Below, in pieces: positions 47,138 to 56,958 of a stretch of 64,000 nt of DNA; the first letter of the stretch is position 1, and the number at the start of each line of letters is the position of its first letter. A program made the translations under genes and the position numbers. Origin of the DNA: an uncultured Acidobacteriota bacterium (GTDB taxonomy: Bacteria > Acidobacteriota > Thermoanaerobaculia > Multivoradales > UBA5704); NCBI GenBank assembly GCA_963770895.1, contig CAVYRF010000002.1, forward strand, positions 4,960,001 to 5,024,000, read 5' to 3'. Under the pieces are notes generated by a model. It saw only the letters and a list, made by a program, of their open reading frames with translations, was not told where the DNA came from and ran no database searches.

Positions 47138-47805
47138 TCATCCCTTGCCCGGGCTCGGGCCGAGATCCGAGAGCCGCGCGGCCTGGGTGAGCAGGTAGTC
47201 GCGTTCCGGAAGGCTGCCGGTTTTGGCTGCCGCCGCCCGGTAGTGGTCGACCGCGGCCTGGTGGTCTCCAGCCAGTTCCAGCAGGTGCGCGCGGACGGCG
47301 TCCTGTCCGCGGCACTCGGCAGTTGGAACGGAATGCTGGAATCCTTGATGGCAAGCTTTGCCCGACTGATCCGCTGCGCCATGGTGGCTTCGGGCACCAG
47401 AAACGCGTGGGCGATCTCCGCGGTGGTCAAGCCGCCCACCGCCCGCAGCGTGAGCGCGATCGCCGACGCCGGAGTCAAGGCAGGGTGGCAGCACATGAAG
47501 AGCAGTACCAAGGTGTCGTCTGCCTGCGGCTCCTCGGCCGCCGCCGCTTCCGCAGGCTGGACCGCCAGCTGGGCCACTTCGTTTTCGCGCCGGCGGCGAG
47601 CGGATTCGCTGCGAATGTGGTCCGTCATCCGCCGGAAGGCGACCTGGGTCAGCCAGGCGCGAGGATTGGCGGGCAGGCCTTCGCGCGGCCAGCGTGTCGC
47701 CGCCGCCAGCGAAGCTTCCTGCACCGCGTCCTCATCCGGACCCCTGGCAAGGTGCGCCGAACACTCAGCTGCGCTGCGGATTGCTTGCGGCAGTTGGCGT
47801 GTCAC
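47138..47805 (-). pseudogene. Degraded ECF sigma factor (ECF42-like, with C-terminal extension)
   Basis: EDAVQEA..AA..WP..GLP.NP.AWL and LLFMCCHPAL...LTLRAVGGLTTAEIAHAFLVPEATMAQRISRAK, then a jump out of frame to the terminal AVRAHLLELAGD...SLPERDYL; the middle region is missing. Confidence 0.85.
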
Positions 47806-48196
47806 TGCCACTCCTGGGGCGCGCTGCTCATCACCTGCCGCACCTCGCTGGGCTGCGCCCCCGGGATCCCGCCGGGGCCGGGCGCCGCCGAGGCCCGCGC
47901 GGCGATGCGATAGGCCTCCTCCGGGCTTTCCACGTCGACGATCCAATACCCCATGAGAAATTCCTTGGCCTCCGGGAAGACGCCATCGGTCACGGCGCTC
48001 CGTCGCGTCCCGCCCGCACGATCCTGGCCTGGTCCGGAAACGCCAGCCCTTCGGAGGCGACAAACGCGCCGGAGTCTTTCAGCTCCTTGCTGAAGTCGCG
48101 CATGAAAGCGACGCTCGCCTGCAGGTCTTGCTTCGTCCACCGGGCGTACGCGTCGCAATCGGCCTTGGTGCCGGTCATCATCAGGATGTACTTCAT
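47802..48196 (-). pseudogene. YciI/DGPF-family protein, frameshifted near 47995
   Basis: MKYILMM...ELKDSGAFVASEGL..P..ARIVR in one frame; VTDGVFPEAKEFLMGYWIVDVES...EVRQVM in another. Confidence 0.85.
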
Positions 48197-48246
48197 GTCC
48201 CTTGCTCCTTGCGAAAGTGGCACCGGTCAGGTGCGATGCCATGCGG

Positions 48247-48275
48247 TAGTCGGAACACGGAGAGGTTTCTCTACA
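48247..48275 (-). promoter_or_regulatory. ECF-type promoter, copy 1 (TGTAGA-N17-CGAC)
   Basis: TGTAGAGAAACCTCTCCGTGTTCCGACTA upstream of the yciI-like gene; matches copy 2. Confidence 0.7.
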
Positions 48276-48978
48276 GGTCGCGCACGGTGTCCGGGGCCGC
48301 CGGCCCGACATCCGGCAGCGACGGGCGCCGCCGCAGCGCGAGCGCCTGCCAGGCGACGGTTGCCGTCCACAGGCAATAGGCTGCGATCAACAGCCGATTT
48401 GTCCAACCCAGCGGCGGGATCGCCGCGGCGGCCGCGGCCCTGCCGTCCCGTCCATGGCCGCCGGTCATGACGATCAGGGAAAGGATCATCAGGACCAGGC
48501 TGATCCAGGTGAGATGGGCGGTCCAGAGCAGCCGCCTTGCCGCCGCCGACCAACCCGGCATGCGGGCCAGGCTGCTGCTGAGCAGCAGCGCCGCGATCGG
48601 CAAGGTGGGAACGCCCAGCATGCCGGCAATGGCGTGAAGAGGGTGCTTGATATCAAAGACCGCCGCCATGGCCTCGCCGATGCCCGAGGCCATCAGCAGG
48701 CCCAGACCGATCTTGCCGGCGGTGCCGGTCAATTGCCGCGCCACGGCGACTGCCAGGGTCCACGAGCTGAGCGCCCAGGCCGCGAACATCAGCGACAGCA
48801 CCCAGCCGTAACGGCCGTTTGCATACTCGCTGACCACCCGCCACGAAGGATCGAATTCCGGGCTCAGCACGTGCAGCGCCGCCAGAAATAGCAGCGTGGC
48901 CGCCGCCGCCGCGATCGCCCAGCGTGCCGCCGGTGCGGAAATCGTCGCCGTGTCGCTGCTCGAAACCGGTGTCTTCAT
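48271..48978 (-). CDS. DUF998-like membrane protein
   Basis: LHVLSPEFDPSWRVVSEYANG.YGW; multiple TM helices. Confidence 0.8.
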   Translation of the reverse strand: MKTPVSSSDTATISAPAARWAIAAAAATLLFLAALHVLSPEFDPSWRVVSEYANGRYGWVLSLMFAAWALSSWTLAVAVARQLTGTAGKIGLGLLMASGIGEAMAAVFDIKHPLHAIAGMLGVPTLPIAALLLSSSLARMPGWSAAARRLLWTAHLTWISLVLMILSLIVMTGGHGRDGRAAAAAAIPPLGWTNRLLIAAYCLWTATVAWQALALRRRPSLPDVGPAAPDTVRDL

Positions 48979-49176
48979 GGTGTGCCTCGCTCTCCAAGAT
49001 AGCCGCCGCCGGCGATCGACACGGCGCCGGCCGGCCCCGCACCGGCGGCGCTCCGCCCAACGGACGGGATCGGATCGTTCCCTTGGCGACCTACCTGGGC
49101 AGCGCTGAGCCTGTTGCCCGCAAACCGCGCGCGCATCGGACCGCGCCCCCTGCCGGGCCGCCGCGTTTTCATAGTC

Positions 49177-49205
49177 TAGTCGGAGCCGTCGAGGGGTTCT
49201 CTACA
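49177..49205 (-). promoter_or_regulatory. ECF-type promoter, copy 2 (TGTAGA-N17-CGAC)
   Basis: TGTAGAGAACCCCTCGACGGCTCCGACTA upstream of the DUF998-like gene. Confidence 0.7.
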
Positions 49206-49465
49206 TCGCCCGCGCCCATTCCTGACGCCCTGTCCGGGGTTTCCGGCTGCTCGCCCTGCGACTGATCCTTCGCTTCGGCAGGCGCCCCCGGCCAGGCGCC
49301 GCACCTCCACCAAGGACTTGAACCTGTAGGACGGTGCGATTCCCGTGTTGGGGGTGCGGGTGCGCGCCCGGTGCATCCATGGGGCGCGGGGTATGGTCAA
49401 CGGCGGTGCGCGGCCGTAGGCTGGGGACGTCGGTACCGAACTCCGTACCAGATTGGAGAAAGACG

Positions 49466-49612
49466 ATGAAGAAAGCGGCCAGGACCACGACGTCTCCCAA
49501 CAAGCTCCGGCTGGAGAGCGAGACCCTGCGCAACCTCACGACACAGGAGGATCTGATCCCGGTGTTCGGCGGCTGGGTGCCCCCCTGCACCCATTCGAAC
49601 ACCGCCTGCTGA
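49466..49612 (+). CDS. RiPP (lanthipeptide-like) precursor peptide P3, 48 aa
   Basis: RBS GGAGA; MKKAARTTTSPNKLRLESETLRNLTTQEDLIPVFGG|WVPPCTHSNTAC. Confidence 0.78.
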   Translation: MKKAARTTTSPNKLRLESETLRNLTTQEDLIPVFGGWVPPCTHSNTAC

Positions 49613-49812
49613 ACGCCGGCGCCACGCGGCGGCGGCCCGCACGGCCACGTGGCGACCGGCTGACGGATCGTCGCCCTGAGACCTCTCGAGCATGCGGAAG
49701 GCAGCGCTGTCCAGGCAGGGGGGCCCGAGCCTCGAATCGCCGCAGCGGAGCGATGAGATGGCCCGGGCCTGGTCTGCGAAGGACCTTTTGGGCATCGCGG
49801 ACTATGCGGTGG

Positions 49813-50973
49813 TCACTCCCAGCAGGACGACCCGGTCGCTGCCGCATTGGCGACCGAAATGAACGCAGGCTCGAGAGCCGTGCCGCCGCAGTTGGCCTTT
49901 TCCCAGCTGATGATCTTCTGAGCTCCGTCTTGGGTTCCTCCAACGCTGCCCAGTTGCCCCCAATAGAAATTTAGAAGAGTCGTCGTGCGGCTGGTGTTCA
50001 GCTCAAGAGCCCACGCGCACCAGCTGCGAGCCAGCAGATCGAAACGTTCGCCGTTGATGGCAAACGTGGCCGGGCACGTCGGGGTGGCGCTTTGATTCCA
50101 ACTTGGAGCGACGTAGATGATCTGCTGGTACCAGCGCAGCCGGCGGTAAAATCCATAGCTCGTATCGTTGTACATCGTCGTGAAGGTACTGGCAGTGGGA
50201 TCGGTCACCGAGTAGTCCCAGCTCAGGATGACATCCAGTCCTGTCGGAAAGCTCAGCGGGGCATACGCCATGCCGTACTGGTGAACGCTGCCCCCTCCAA
50301 GCGTAGCGCTCGTAGGGTAGCCGCCAATGACCGGAATGCCGGGCCACAGCGCCTTGATCGCCGCCGCGAGCGTATTGACAGTCGTGGGGTCGGTTACGGC
50401 GCCGTTGGCGTTGGCGAGCTCCGAGTGGAGCACGATCCCCGAGACCGTCGACGAGTTGATAAAGCTGCCTGCAGTCGCCTTGAAATTGTTCAGGCGCGTC
50501 TGGTAGTCGGAGCGGACGTACCAAGTGTTCGCGTTGACGCTGTTGTAGCACGTGGGGTTCTTGTCGCAAGCGCATGTCCGCGGCGTGACGGTTCCGAAGA
50601 TGACCGAAGTGAGATCCAGGATATACGGAACCGGTCCAATCGAGGGAAGGGTGCTCACAAGGTATGCGAGAGATTGGGCGTTGGTACTCAAACACGTGCC
50701 ATCCTGTGCGAGAGCGTCGGGGTCGTGATCGGGTGCCGAGTAGGCTGCGATGTTGGGGAAGATACCCAGGGCGTTCATGGCCACGAAATTGTCGATGTAT
50801 TTCAGGCAAGTAGCCCCGGGCGGACAGTTGGTGGTGTTGTAGCCCAGGTCAGCGATCCCATCTGAGGGACCGAAGTGACCTGGGGCACCGAGCGACGGCT
50901 TTGGGAATAGAAGCGTTGGGATTAGGAAGACCAGTAAGACGAAAGCTAGCTTGAGGGCCGATTTGGTACACAT
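49813..50973 (-). CDS. Secreted hypothetical protein, lower GC than surroundings
   Basis: RBS GGAAGGAG; signal peptide; 386 aa rich in Asn/Thr/Tyr/Cys; atypical codon usage. Confidence 0.75.
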   Translation of the reverse strand: MCTKSALKLAFVLLVFLIPTLLFPKPSLGAPGHFGPSDGIADLGYNTTNCPPGATCLKYIDNFVAMNALGIFPNIAAYSAPDHDPDALAQDGTCLSTNAQSLAYLVSTLPSIGPVPYILDLTSVIFGTVTPRTCACDKNPTCYNSVNANTWYVRSDYQTRLNNFKATAGSFINSSTVSGIVLHSELANANGAVTDPTTVNTLAAAIKALWPGIPVIGGYPTSATLGGGSVHQYGMAYAPLSFPTGLDVILSWDYSVTDPTASTFTTMYNDTSYGFYRRLRWYQQIIYVAPSWNQSATPTCPATFAINGERFDLLARSWCAWALELNTSRTTTLLNFYWGQLGSVGGTQDGAQKIISWEKANCGGTALEPAFISVANAAATGSSCWE

Positions 50974-51469
50974 GCTCTGCTCCTTCCTGTTGCATAGTGG
51001 CGATTTCTAGAATGCCAATCCAGATTACGACGCCTTGTTGCACTAGGCTTCATGGTTAGAATACCACTAGTTAGGCGAAAAAAATCACGCAAAGTGCAAA
51101 TTCTTCTACTATGGTTCACGCTTAGATTCTGATCTTACCGCGCCCATTCGACCGCGGCAGCCGGGCGGCGCGGCGCCGTCTTCGAGGATGGCACCCAGCT
51201 GGCTTGATGAAGCGAGCGCGGCGGTGGTCGCCGGCGCGGAGCAGGTGACACTTCGGGCGATGGCACCCTGTCGCATGGGATGGCACGGCGGTTCGGCGGG
51301 TTCCGCGAAGCAAGGTCGGTGTGGCGGGCAAGATCGGTTGTGGGAAATACAAAGTGCGCCGGCTGGGACGTGTGAGGAGCGGGGCGGGCGGCTGCGGGCG
51401 GTCGCGACTGGCGTGCCGGGTGGTCGCGACCGGCGGGCGGCGCCGCGGGCGTGCGAGAATGCGGGGGCC

Positions 51470-54415
51470 ATGGCCCGCATCCTGCCCCCCAACTCGACGT
51501 CTGCTGCCTTTGCGGCAGCGGGGGGAGGTGCGTCTGGCGCTGCTGTGGCCCCGGGTGCGCGGGGTGGGGTGGCGGCGCCGGCGGGGTTGGGCGCCGTGGG
51601 GGTGGGAGCGGCGGCGATCGTCGAGGAGCGGGCGGCGCGGCCTTCGCTGGCGGCGCGGCGGCCGGGCGGTGCGGCTGGCGGCGAGGGTGGGGTGGCGCCG
51701 GAGGAGGTGCTGGATCGGTTTTTGGAGTGGACGGCGGATGCGGGATTTTCGCTGTATGCGGCGCAGGAGGAGGCGCTGCTGGAGATCGCGGCCGGCCGGC
51801 ATGTCATTTTGAACACGCCCACCGGGTCGGGCAAGTCGCTGGTGGCGCTGGGGCTGCATTTCAAGGCGTTTTGCGAGGGGCGGACGTCCTTCTATACCAG
51901 CCCGATCAAGGCGCTGGCGAGCGAGAAGTTCTTTTCGCTGTGCGACGACTTTGGCGCGGAAAACGTCGGCATGCTGACGGGGGACGCCAGCATCAACCCG
52001 CGGGCGCCGATCGTGTGCTGCACGGCGGAGGTGCTGTCCAACATGGCGCTGCGGCGCGGCGACCAGCTGGACGCGCCGTACGTGGTGATGGACGAGTTTC
52101 ACTACTACTCGGACCCGGAGCGGGGGGTGGCCTGGCAGATCCCGCTGATCAGTTTGCCGCATACGCGGTTCCTGCTGATGTCGGCGACGCTGGGCGACAT
52201 GACGGCGATTGCCGATCGGTTGCGCGCCGACACGGGAAACGACGTTGCGGTGATCACGTCGTCGGAACGGCCGGTGCCGCTCGACTTCGAATATCGCGAA
52301 ACGCCGCTGCACCAGACGGTCGAAGATCTGCTGGCGGTCGGCAAGGCGCCGATTTACATCGTGAACTTCACGCAGCGCGAGTGCGCCGAGCTGGCGCAGG
52401 CGCTGACCAGCATGAAGATCGCCAGCCGCGAGGAGCGGGAGCGGATTCGCGAGGCGGTGGGCGGCGCGCGTCTGGACACGCCGTATGGCAAGGAGTTTCG
52501 CCGCTTCCTTTCGTTCGGTATCGGCGTGCACCATGCGGGGCTGCTGCCCAAGTACCGGCTGCTGGTCGAGCAGCTGTCGCAAAAGGGATTGTTACGCGTG
52601 ATCTGCGGCACCGATACGCTGGGCGTCGGCGTCAACATTCCGATTCGCACGGTGCTGTTTTCGCGCCTGGCCAAGTTCGACGGCAAAAAGGTTTCGATGC
52701 TGTCGGTGCGCGACTTTCAACAGATCGCCGGGCGCGCCGGGCGCAAGGGTTTCGACGTCGAGGGGAGCGTCGTGGCGCAGGCGCCGCCGCACGTGGTCGA
52801 AAAGCGCCAGGCGGAGCGGCGCGCGGAAGAGGGCAAGAAGCGGCGCAAGGCGGCGCCCGCGGCGGCCAAGGGCGAAGTGTCGTGGAACCGCGAGACGTTC
52901 GAGAAGTTGATCTCGCGGCCGCCCGAAACGCTGCGCTCGCGGTTTCGCATGACGCATGGGATGGTGCTCGACCTGGTGCAGCGCGACGCCGAGCGCGACG
53001 ACCCTGCGCGCCGCAACTTCGCCGGGCTGCGCGAGCTGATCGCGCACAGCCATGAGGACGAAGCCAGCCGGCGGCGGCTGCTGGGGCACGCGGCGGTGCT
53101 GGTGCGGTCGCTGTATCGCGCCGGCATTTTGCACATGGCGCGCGACACGCGGCGGCAGTACCTGTGGGTGGTGGTGGACGCGGAGCTGCAGTGGGATTTT
53201 TCGCTGCACCAGTCGCTGGCGCTGTTTCTGATCGAGGCGCTGACGCGGCTGGACTCCCAGGGCGAAACGTACGCCGTCGACGTGGTGAGCCTGGTGGAGT
53301 GCGTCCTGGAAGACCCCGAGATCGTGCTGCGGCGCCAGGTGGACAAGCTCAAGCAGGAGCTGATCGCGCGTCTGAAGGCGGACGGCGTGCCCTTCGAGGA
53401 GCGCATCGAGCGGCTGGAGGAGGTGGTGCCGCCGCGGCCGCCGCAGCCGCTGGTGGACCTGCTGCACGGCGCGTTCGCGCGCTTTCGCGGCGACCACCCC
53501 TGGGTCGGCGGGCGCGACATCCGTCCCAAGTTGATCGGCCGCGAGCTGCTGCACGAATACCTGGGCTTTGGCGATTTCGTCAAGCGCTACGGCCTCGAGC
53601 GCAGCGAGGGGGTGCTGCTGCGCTACCTGTCGCAGCTCTACAAGACGCTCAAGCAGAGCGTCCCCGACGCGGCGCGCACGGAGGCGGTGTTCGACGCGAT
53701 CGGGTTTTTCCGCGCGCTGCTGGAGCGCACGGACGCGAGCCTGCTGGAGGAGTGGGAGGAGATGCTGCATCCCGAGCTGCGGCGCCTGCGCGCGCGGGAG
53801 CACGAGGCGGCCGAGGCGATCTGGGTGCGCGAGCTGATCGCCGATCCGCGCGCCTTCGACGCTCGGGTGCGCGCCGAGATGCACCTGCTGGTGCGCACCC
53901 TCGCGGCGCGCGACTGGGAGGCCGCCGCGGAGTCGGTGCGGCGGGACGCGGTGGGCGCGGTGTCCGAGGCGGGGGAGGCTGCGGACGGCGGCCAGCAGGG
54001 AGGCGCGGCCGTGGCGACGGGGGCGGTCGCGGTGGCGGTGACAGGAGCGGTTACGGAGGGGGAGACGGAAGCGACTGCGGAAGGGGCGACCGGCGGGGCG
54101 GCGGAAGCGGCTCCGGCCGATTTGCCGGCGGCGCCGGGGTGGGAGCCGGCGACGGGTGGCGGGTGGGACGCGGAGCGCTTCGAGCGCGACATGGCCCCCT
54201 TCTTTGCCGAGTACGGCGAGCTGCTGTTCACCCCCGAGGCGCGCCGCCACCAGCACACTCAGGTGCGGCGCACCGGCGACCGCACCTGGGAGGTGCGGCA
54301 GGTCCTGCTCGATCCTCTGGGCGACAACCTGTGGGCGATCCTGGGCGAGATCGACCTGCGTGATCCCCAGGCCCTGGAAGGCCCCCTGGTCCGGCTGCAG
54401 CGCATCGGGCCCTAG
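51470..54415 (+). CDS. SF2 Ski2-like DEAD/DEAH helicase with DUF3516-like C-terminus
   Basis: TPTGSGKS, SPIKALASEK, DEFH, MSAT, HHAGLLP, QIAGRAGRKG, YGLERSEGVLLRYL. Start uncertain. Confidence 0.9.
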   Translation: MARILPPNSTSAAFAAAGGGASGAAVAPGARGGVAAPAGLGAVGVGAAAIVEERAARPSLAARRPGGAAGGEGGVAPEEVLDRFLEWTADAGFSLYAAQEEALLEIAAGRHVILNTPTGSGKSLVALGLHFKAFCEGRTSFYTSPIKALASEKFFSLCDDFGAENVGMLTGDASINPRAPIVCCTAEVLSNMALRRGDQLDAPYVVMDEFHYYSDPERGVAWQIPLISLPHTRFLLMSATLGDMTAIADRLRADTGNDVAVITSSERPVPLDFEYRETPLHQTVEDLLAVGKAPIYIVNFTQRECAELAQALTSMKIASREERERIREAVGGARLDTPYGKEFRRFLSFGIGVHHAGLLPKYRLLVEQLSQKGLLRVICGTDTLGVGVNIPIRTVLFSRLAKFDGKKVSMLSVRDFQQIAGRAGRKGFDVEGSVVAQAPPHVVEKRQAERRAEEGKKRRKAAPAAAKGEVSWNRETFEKLISRPPETLRSRFRMTHGMVLDLVQRDAERDDPARRNFAGLRELIAHSHEDEASRRRLLGHAAVLVRSLYRAGILHMARDTRRQYLWVVVDAELQWDFSLHQSLALFLIEALTRLDSQGETYAVDVVSLVECVLEDPEIVLRRQVDKLKQELIARLKADGVPFEERIERLEEVVPPRPPQPLVDLLHGAFARFRGDHPWVGGRDIRPKLIGRELLHEYLGFGDFVKRYGLERSEGVLLRYLSQLYKTLKQSVPDAARTEAVFDAIGFFRALLERTDASLLEEWEEMLHPELRRLRAREHEAAEAIWVRELIADPRAFDARVRAEMHLLVRTLAARDWEAAAESVRRDAVGAVSEAGEAADGGQQGGAAVATGAVAVAVTGAVTEGETEATAEGATGGAAEAAPADLPAAPGWEPATGGGWDAERFERDMAPFFAEYGELLFTPEARRHQHTQVRRTGDRTWEVRQVLLDPLGDNLWAILGEIDLRDPQALEGPLVRLQRIGP

Positions 54416-54599
54416 CGCCCACCAGCCCCCATAGCCGGGCGCAGATCCTTTGGCGCGGCGCCGTAGCGCAGCGGCGGCCGGGCTGCTGCGTGGCGGATCG
54501 GGGTCCGCGGCGGCGGGTTCGTGCGTGCGATCATTTTGGTGCTGCGAATATCGGTGACGTTCGACGCATCAATTCTTGATTTGATGGCCGATATTTGTT

Positions 54600-54617
54600 A
54601 TTTTGAGCGCTCAAAAT
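54600..54617. promoter_or_regulatory. Perfect 18-bp palindromic operator, LacI-family-like
   Basis: ATTTTGAGCGCTCAAAAT directly upstream of the RBS AAGGAGG of the TonB-dependent receptor. Confidence 0.6.
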
Positions 54618-54635
54618 TCCAAAAGGAGGGCGCTC

Positions 54636-56945
54636 ATGCGACGGTGGCGAACGGAGAGCTGGAGTGGGCGCGGGTGGGGGCTGGCGGTCCTGGTGGGCGC
54701 GCTGGTGGCGTTGCGGCCGTGTGGTGCGGCTGCTGCTGCGGCGGCGGCGCTGGGCGACGCGGAGTGGGGGTGGTTTCAATGCCCCGAACTGTATGCCACC
54801 GAGGCCGAGCGCGCGGCGGCGGCGGCGCGCTTCTGGCGCCAGCTGGTGGAGCGGCATCCGGCGTGGAGCCACGACCAGGGGCTGGAGCTGTGGCGCGGTC
54901 TGCTGGCGGCCCGCTCGTGCGCGGGGGTGGTGCAGGACAGCCTGGTGGTGACCGGCCGCGCCGCGGAGGGCGCCGCTGCCGAGATCGTGCCCAGCCTGGG
55001 AGCGACCGTGCACACCCTGGATGCGGACCAGATCGCGACGCTGCCGCAGGGCGACGACGCGCCCTTCCAGCAGGTGCTGCTGCGCAATCCCGGCGTGGTC
55101 CAGGACTCCTTCGGCGAGGTGCACGTGCGCGGCGAGCATGGCAACGTGCAGTACCGGATCGACGGCATCCTGCTGCCGGAAAGCCTCAATGGCTTCGCGC
55201 AGGAGGTGGACACCCGTTTCGTGGAGTCGGTCACCCTGACCGACGGGTCGCTGCCGGCCGAGTTCGGCTTTCGCAATTCCGGCGTCATCGACGTCACTAC
55301 CAAGTCGGGCGACACGCTGCGCGGCGGTGAGGCGGGGATCCACGGCGGCAGCCATGGTGTGCTGCAGCCGAGCGTGCAGGCGGGAAACAGCAGCGGCCCC
55401 CTGTCCTGGTATGGGTCGGGGTCGTTCAAGCAGACCGACCTGGGCGTCGAGGGTCCCACCGCCAGTGCCGCGCCGCTGCACGACGCCTCGGACCAGGGCC
55501 GGGCCTTCGGCGCCGTCGCCTGGCAGCCCGACCCGTCGCAGCGCCTGAGCCTGCTGGCCAGCGCGGCTGCCGCCGAGTACCAGATCCCCGACGTGGCGGG
55601 CCGGCTGCCTGGCTACGCGGTCGCGGGCGCCGGCGCGCCCGATGATTCGGCGGCGCTCAACGACCGGCAGCGCGAGACGGATGCCTATGCCGTCGTCGCG
55701 TGGCAGCGGACCGACGGCGACCTGCATTACCAGGTTGCCGCCTTCAGCCGCCACGGCCGCATCGCGTTCACTCCCGACCAGGCTGGCGACCTGGCGTTCA
55801 GCGGCGTGGCCAGCCGGGTGGACGAGAGCTTCCTGTCGGATGGCGTGCAGCTGGATGCGTCCCATCCGTGGGGCGAAAGCAACACCGTGCGGGCCGGCGC
55901 CCTGGTCACCCGCGAGACCGCGGCGCGCGACACCGATTCGGCGGTCTTTGCCGCCGGCGCCGACGGGCGGCAGCTGTCCACCACGCCGATCGACCTGGCG
56001 GATGCGCAGGGGCTGCACGGTTTGCTTGCGGGCGGCTACCTGCAGGACGAATGGCACGCCGCCGTGCCGCTGACGGTCAATGCCGGGGTGCGCTTCGACC
56101 TGGATCGCGCGGTGCTGCACGAAAGCCAGCTTTCGCCGCGGCTGAACGGGGTCTGGCAGGTCGACCCGGCAACCGCCGCCCACGCCGGCTATGCGCGCTA
56201 CTTCACGCCGCCCAGCCTGCAGTACGTGCCGCCCGCGAGCGTCGCCCTGTTTGCCGGCACCACCAACGCGCCGCAGACGTTGGCCGATTCGCCGCCGCGC
56301 GCCGAGCGCTCGGACTACTACGACGCCGGTGTGACCCGGCGCCTGGCGCCGGGCTGGCAGGTGAGCCTGGACGCTTTCGACAAGGCGGCCCGACACCTCA
56401 TCGACCTGGGCCAGTTCGGCAACGCCATCATCCTGGCCCCCTTCAACTATCGCGTCGGTCGCGTGCACGGCGCGGAGCTTGCGACCACGGCGCACGCGGG
56501 CGGCCTGGCGCTGTACGCCAACGGTGCGTACGTCTTCACGCAGGCGCGCGACATCGATTCGGCCCAGTTCGAGTTCCCGGTGGCGGAGCTGGCCTACGTC
56601 GCCGGCCACGACATCCGCCTGGACCACGAAGGCGAGGTGGCGGCGTCCGCCGGCGCTTCCTATGGCTGGCAGGGAACCCGCGCGTTCCTCGACGTGCTCT
56701 ACTGCAGCGGGCTGCGGCGCGGCTTCGCCAACCTGTACAAGCTGCCGGCGTACTACCCGCTGGACGTGGGCGTCGAGCGCACCATGGCGGTGGCCGCCAC
56801 CGGCTTGGCGGTCAAGGTGCGCCTCGACCTGCTCAATGTGCTGGACCAGGTCTACCAGCTGCGGGATGGCACCGGCATCGGCATCGCCGCGTCCCAGTAT
56901 GGCCCTCGGCGCAGCCTTTATGGGGGTGTCGCCGTGCTGTTTTGA
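54636..56945 (+). CDS. TonB-dependent receptor
   Basis: Plug (PGVV..VHVRGEH..QYRIDGI, PAEFG..SGVIDVTTKSG), YLQDEW, GVRFD, LSPRL, NVLD..Y and terminal Phe. Confidence 0.9.
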   Translation: MRRWRTESWSGRGWGLAVLVGALVALRPCGAAAAAAAALGDAEWGWFQCPELYATEAERAAAAARFWRQLVERHPAWSHDQGLELWRGLLAARSCAGVVQDSLVVTGRAAEGAAAEIVPSLGATVHTLDADQIATLPQGDDAPFQQVLLRNPGVVQDSFGEVHVRGEHGNVQYRIDGILLPESLNGFAQEVDTRFVESVTLTDGSLPAEFGFRNSGVIDVTTKSGDTLRGGEAGIHGGSHGVLQPSVQAGNSSGPLSWYGSGSFKQTDLGVEGPTASAAPLHDASDQGRAFGAVAWQPDPSQRLSLLASAAAAEYQIPDVAGRLPGYAVAGAGAPDDSAALNDRQRETDAYAVVAWQRTDGDLHYQVAAFSRHGRIAFTPDQAGDLAFSGVASRVDESFLSDGVQLDASHPWGESNTVRAGALVTRETAARDTDSAVFAAGADGRQLSTTPIDLADAQGLHGLLAGGYLQDEWHAAVPLTVNAGVRFDLDRAVLHESQLSPRLNGVWQVDPATAAHAGYARYFTPPSLQYVPPASVALFAGTTNAPQTLADSPPRAERSDYYDAGVTRRLAPGWQVSLDAFDKAARHLIDLGQFGNAIILAPFNYRVGRVHGAELATTAHAGGLALYANGAYVFTQARDIDSAQFEFPVAELAYVAGHDIRLDHEGEVAASAGASYGWQGTRAFLDVLYCSGLRRGFANLYKLPAYYPLDVGVERTMAVAATGLAVKVRLDLLNVLDQVYQLRDGTGIGIAASQYGPRRSLYGGVAVLF

Positions 56946-56958
56946 GCCTGGGTGCCGG

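Noticed and set aside
48975-49172. 65-aa ORF directly after ECF promoter copy 2
   Set aside because: No recognisable motif; likely a relic of a deleted gene, so not called as a CDS.
49311-49330. GGTTCAAGTCC on the minus strand, a tRNA T-loop-like sequence (similar one near 45335)
   Set aside because: No full T-stem, acceptor stem or cloverleaf; not a tRNA or a convincing att site.
51186-51290. GATGGCAC repeated three times upstream of the helicase, as sigma54 sites
   Set aside because: Only one copy has GG-N10-GC and it lacks TTGC; weak in GC-rich DNA.
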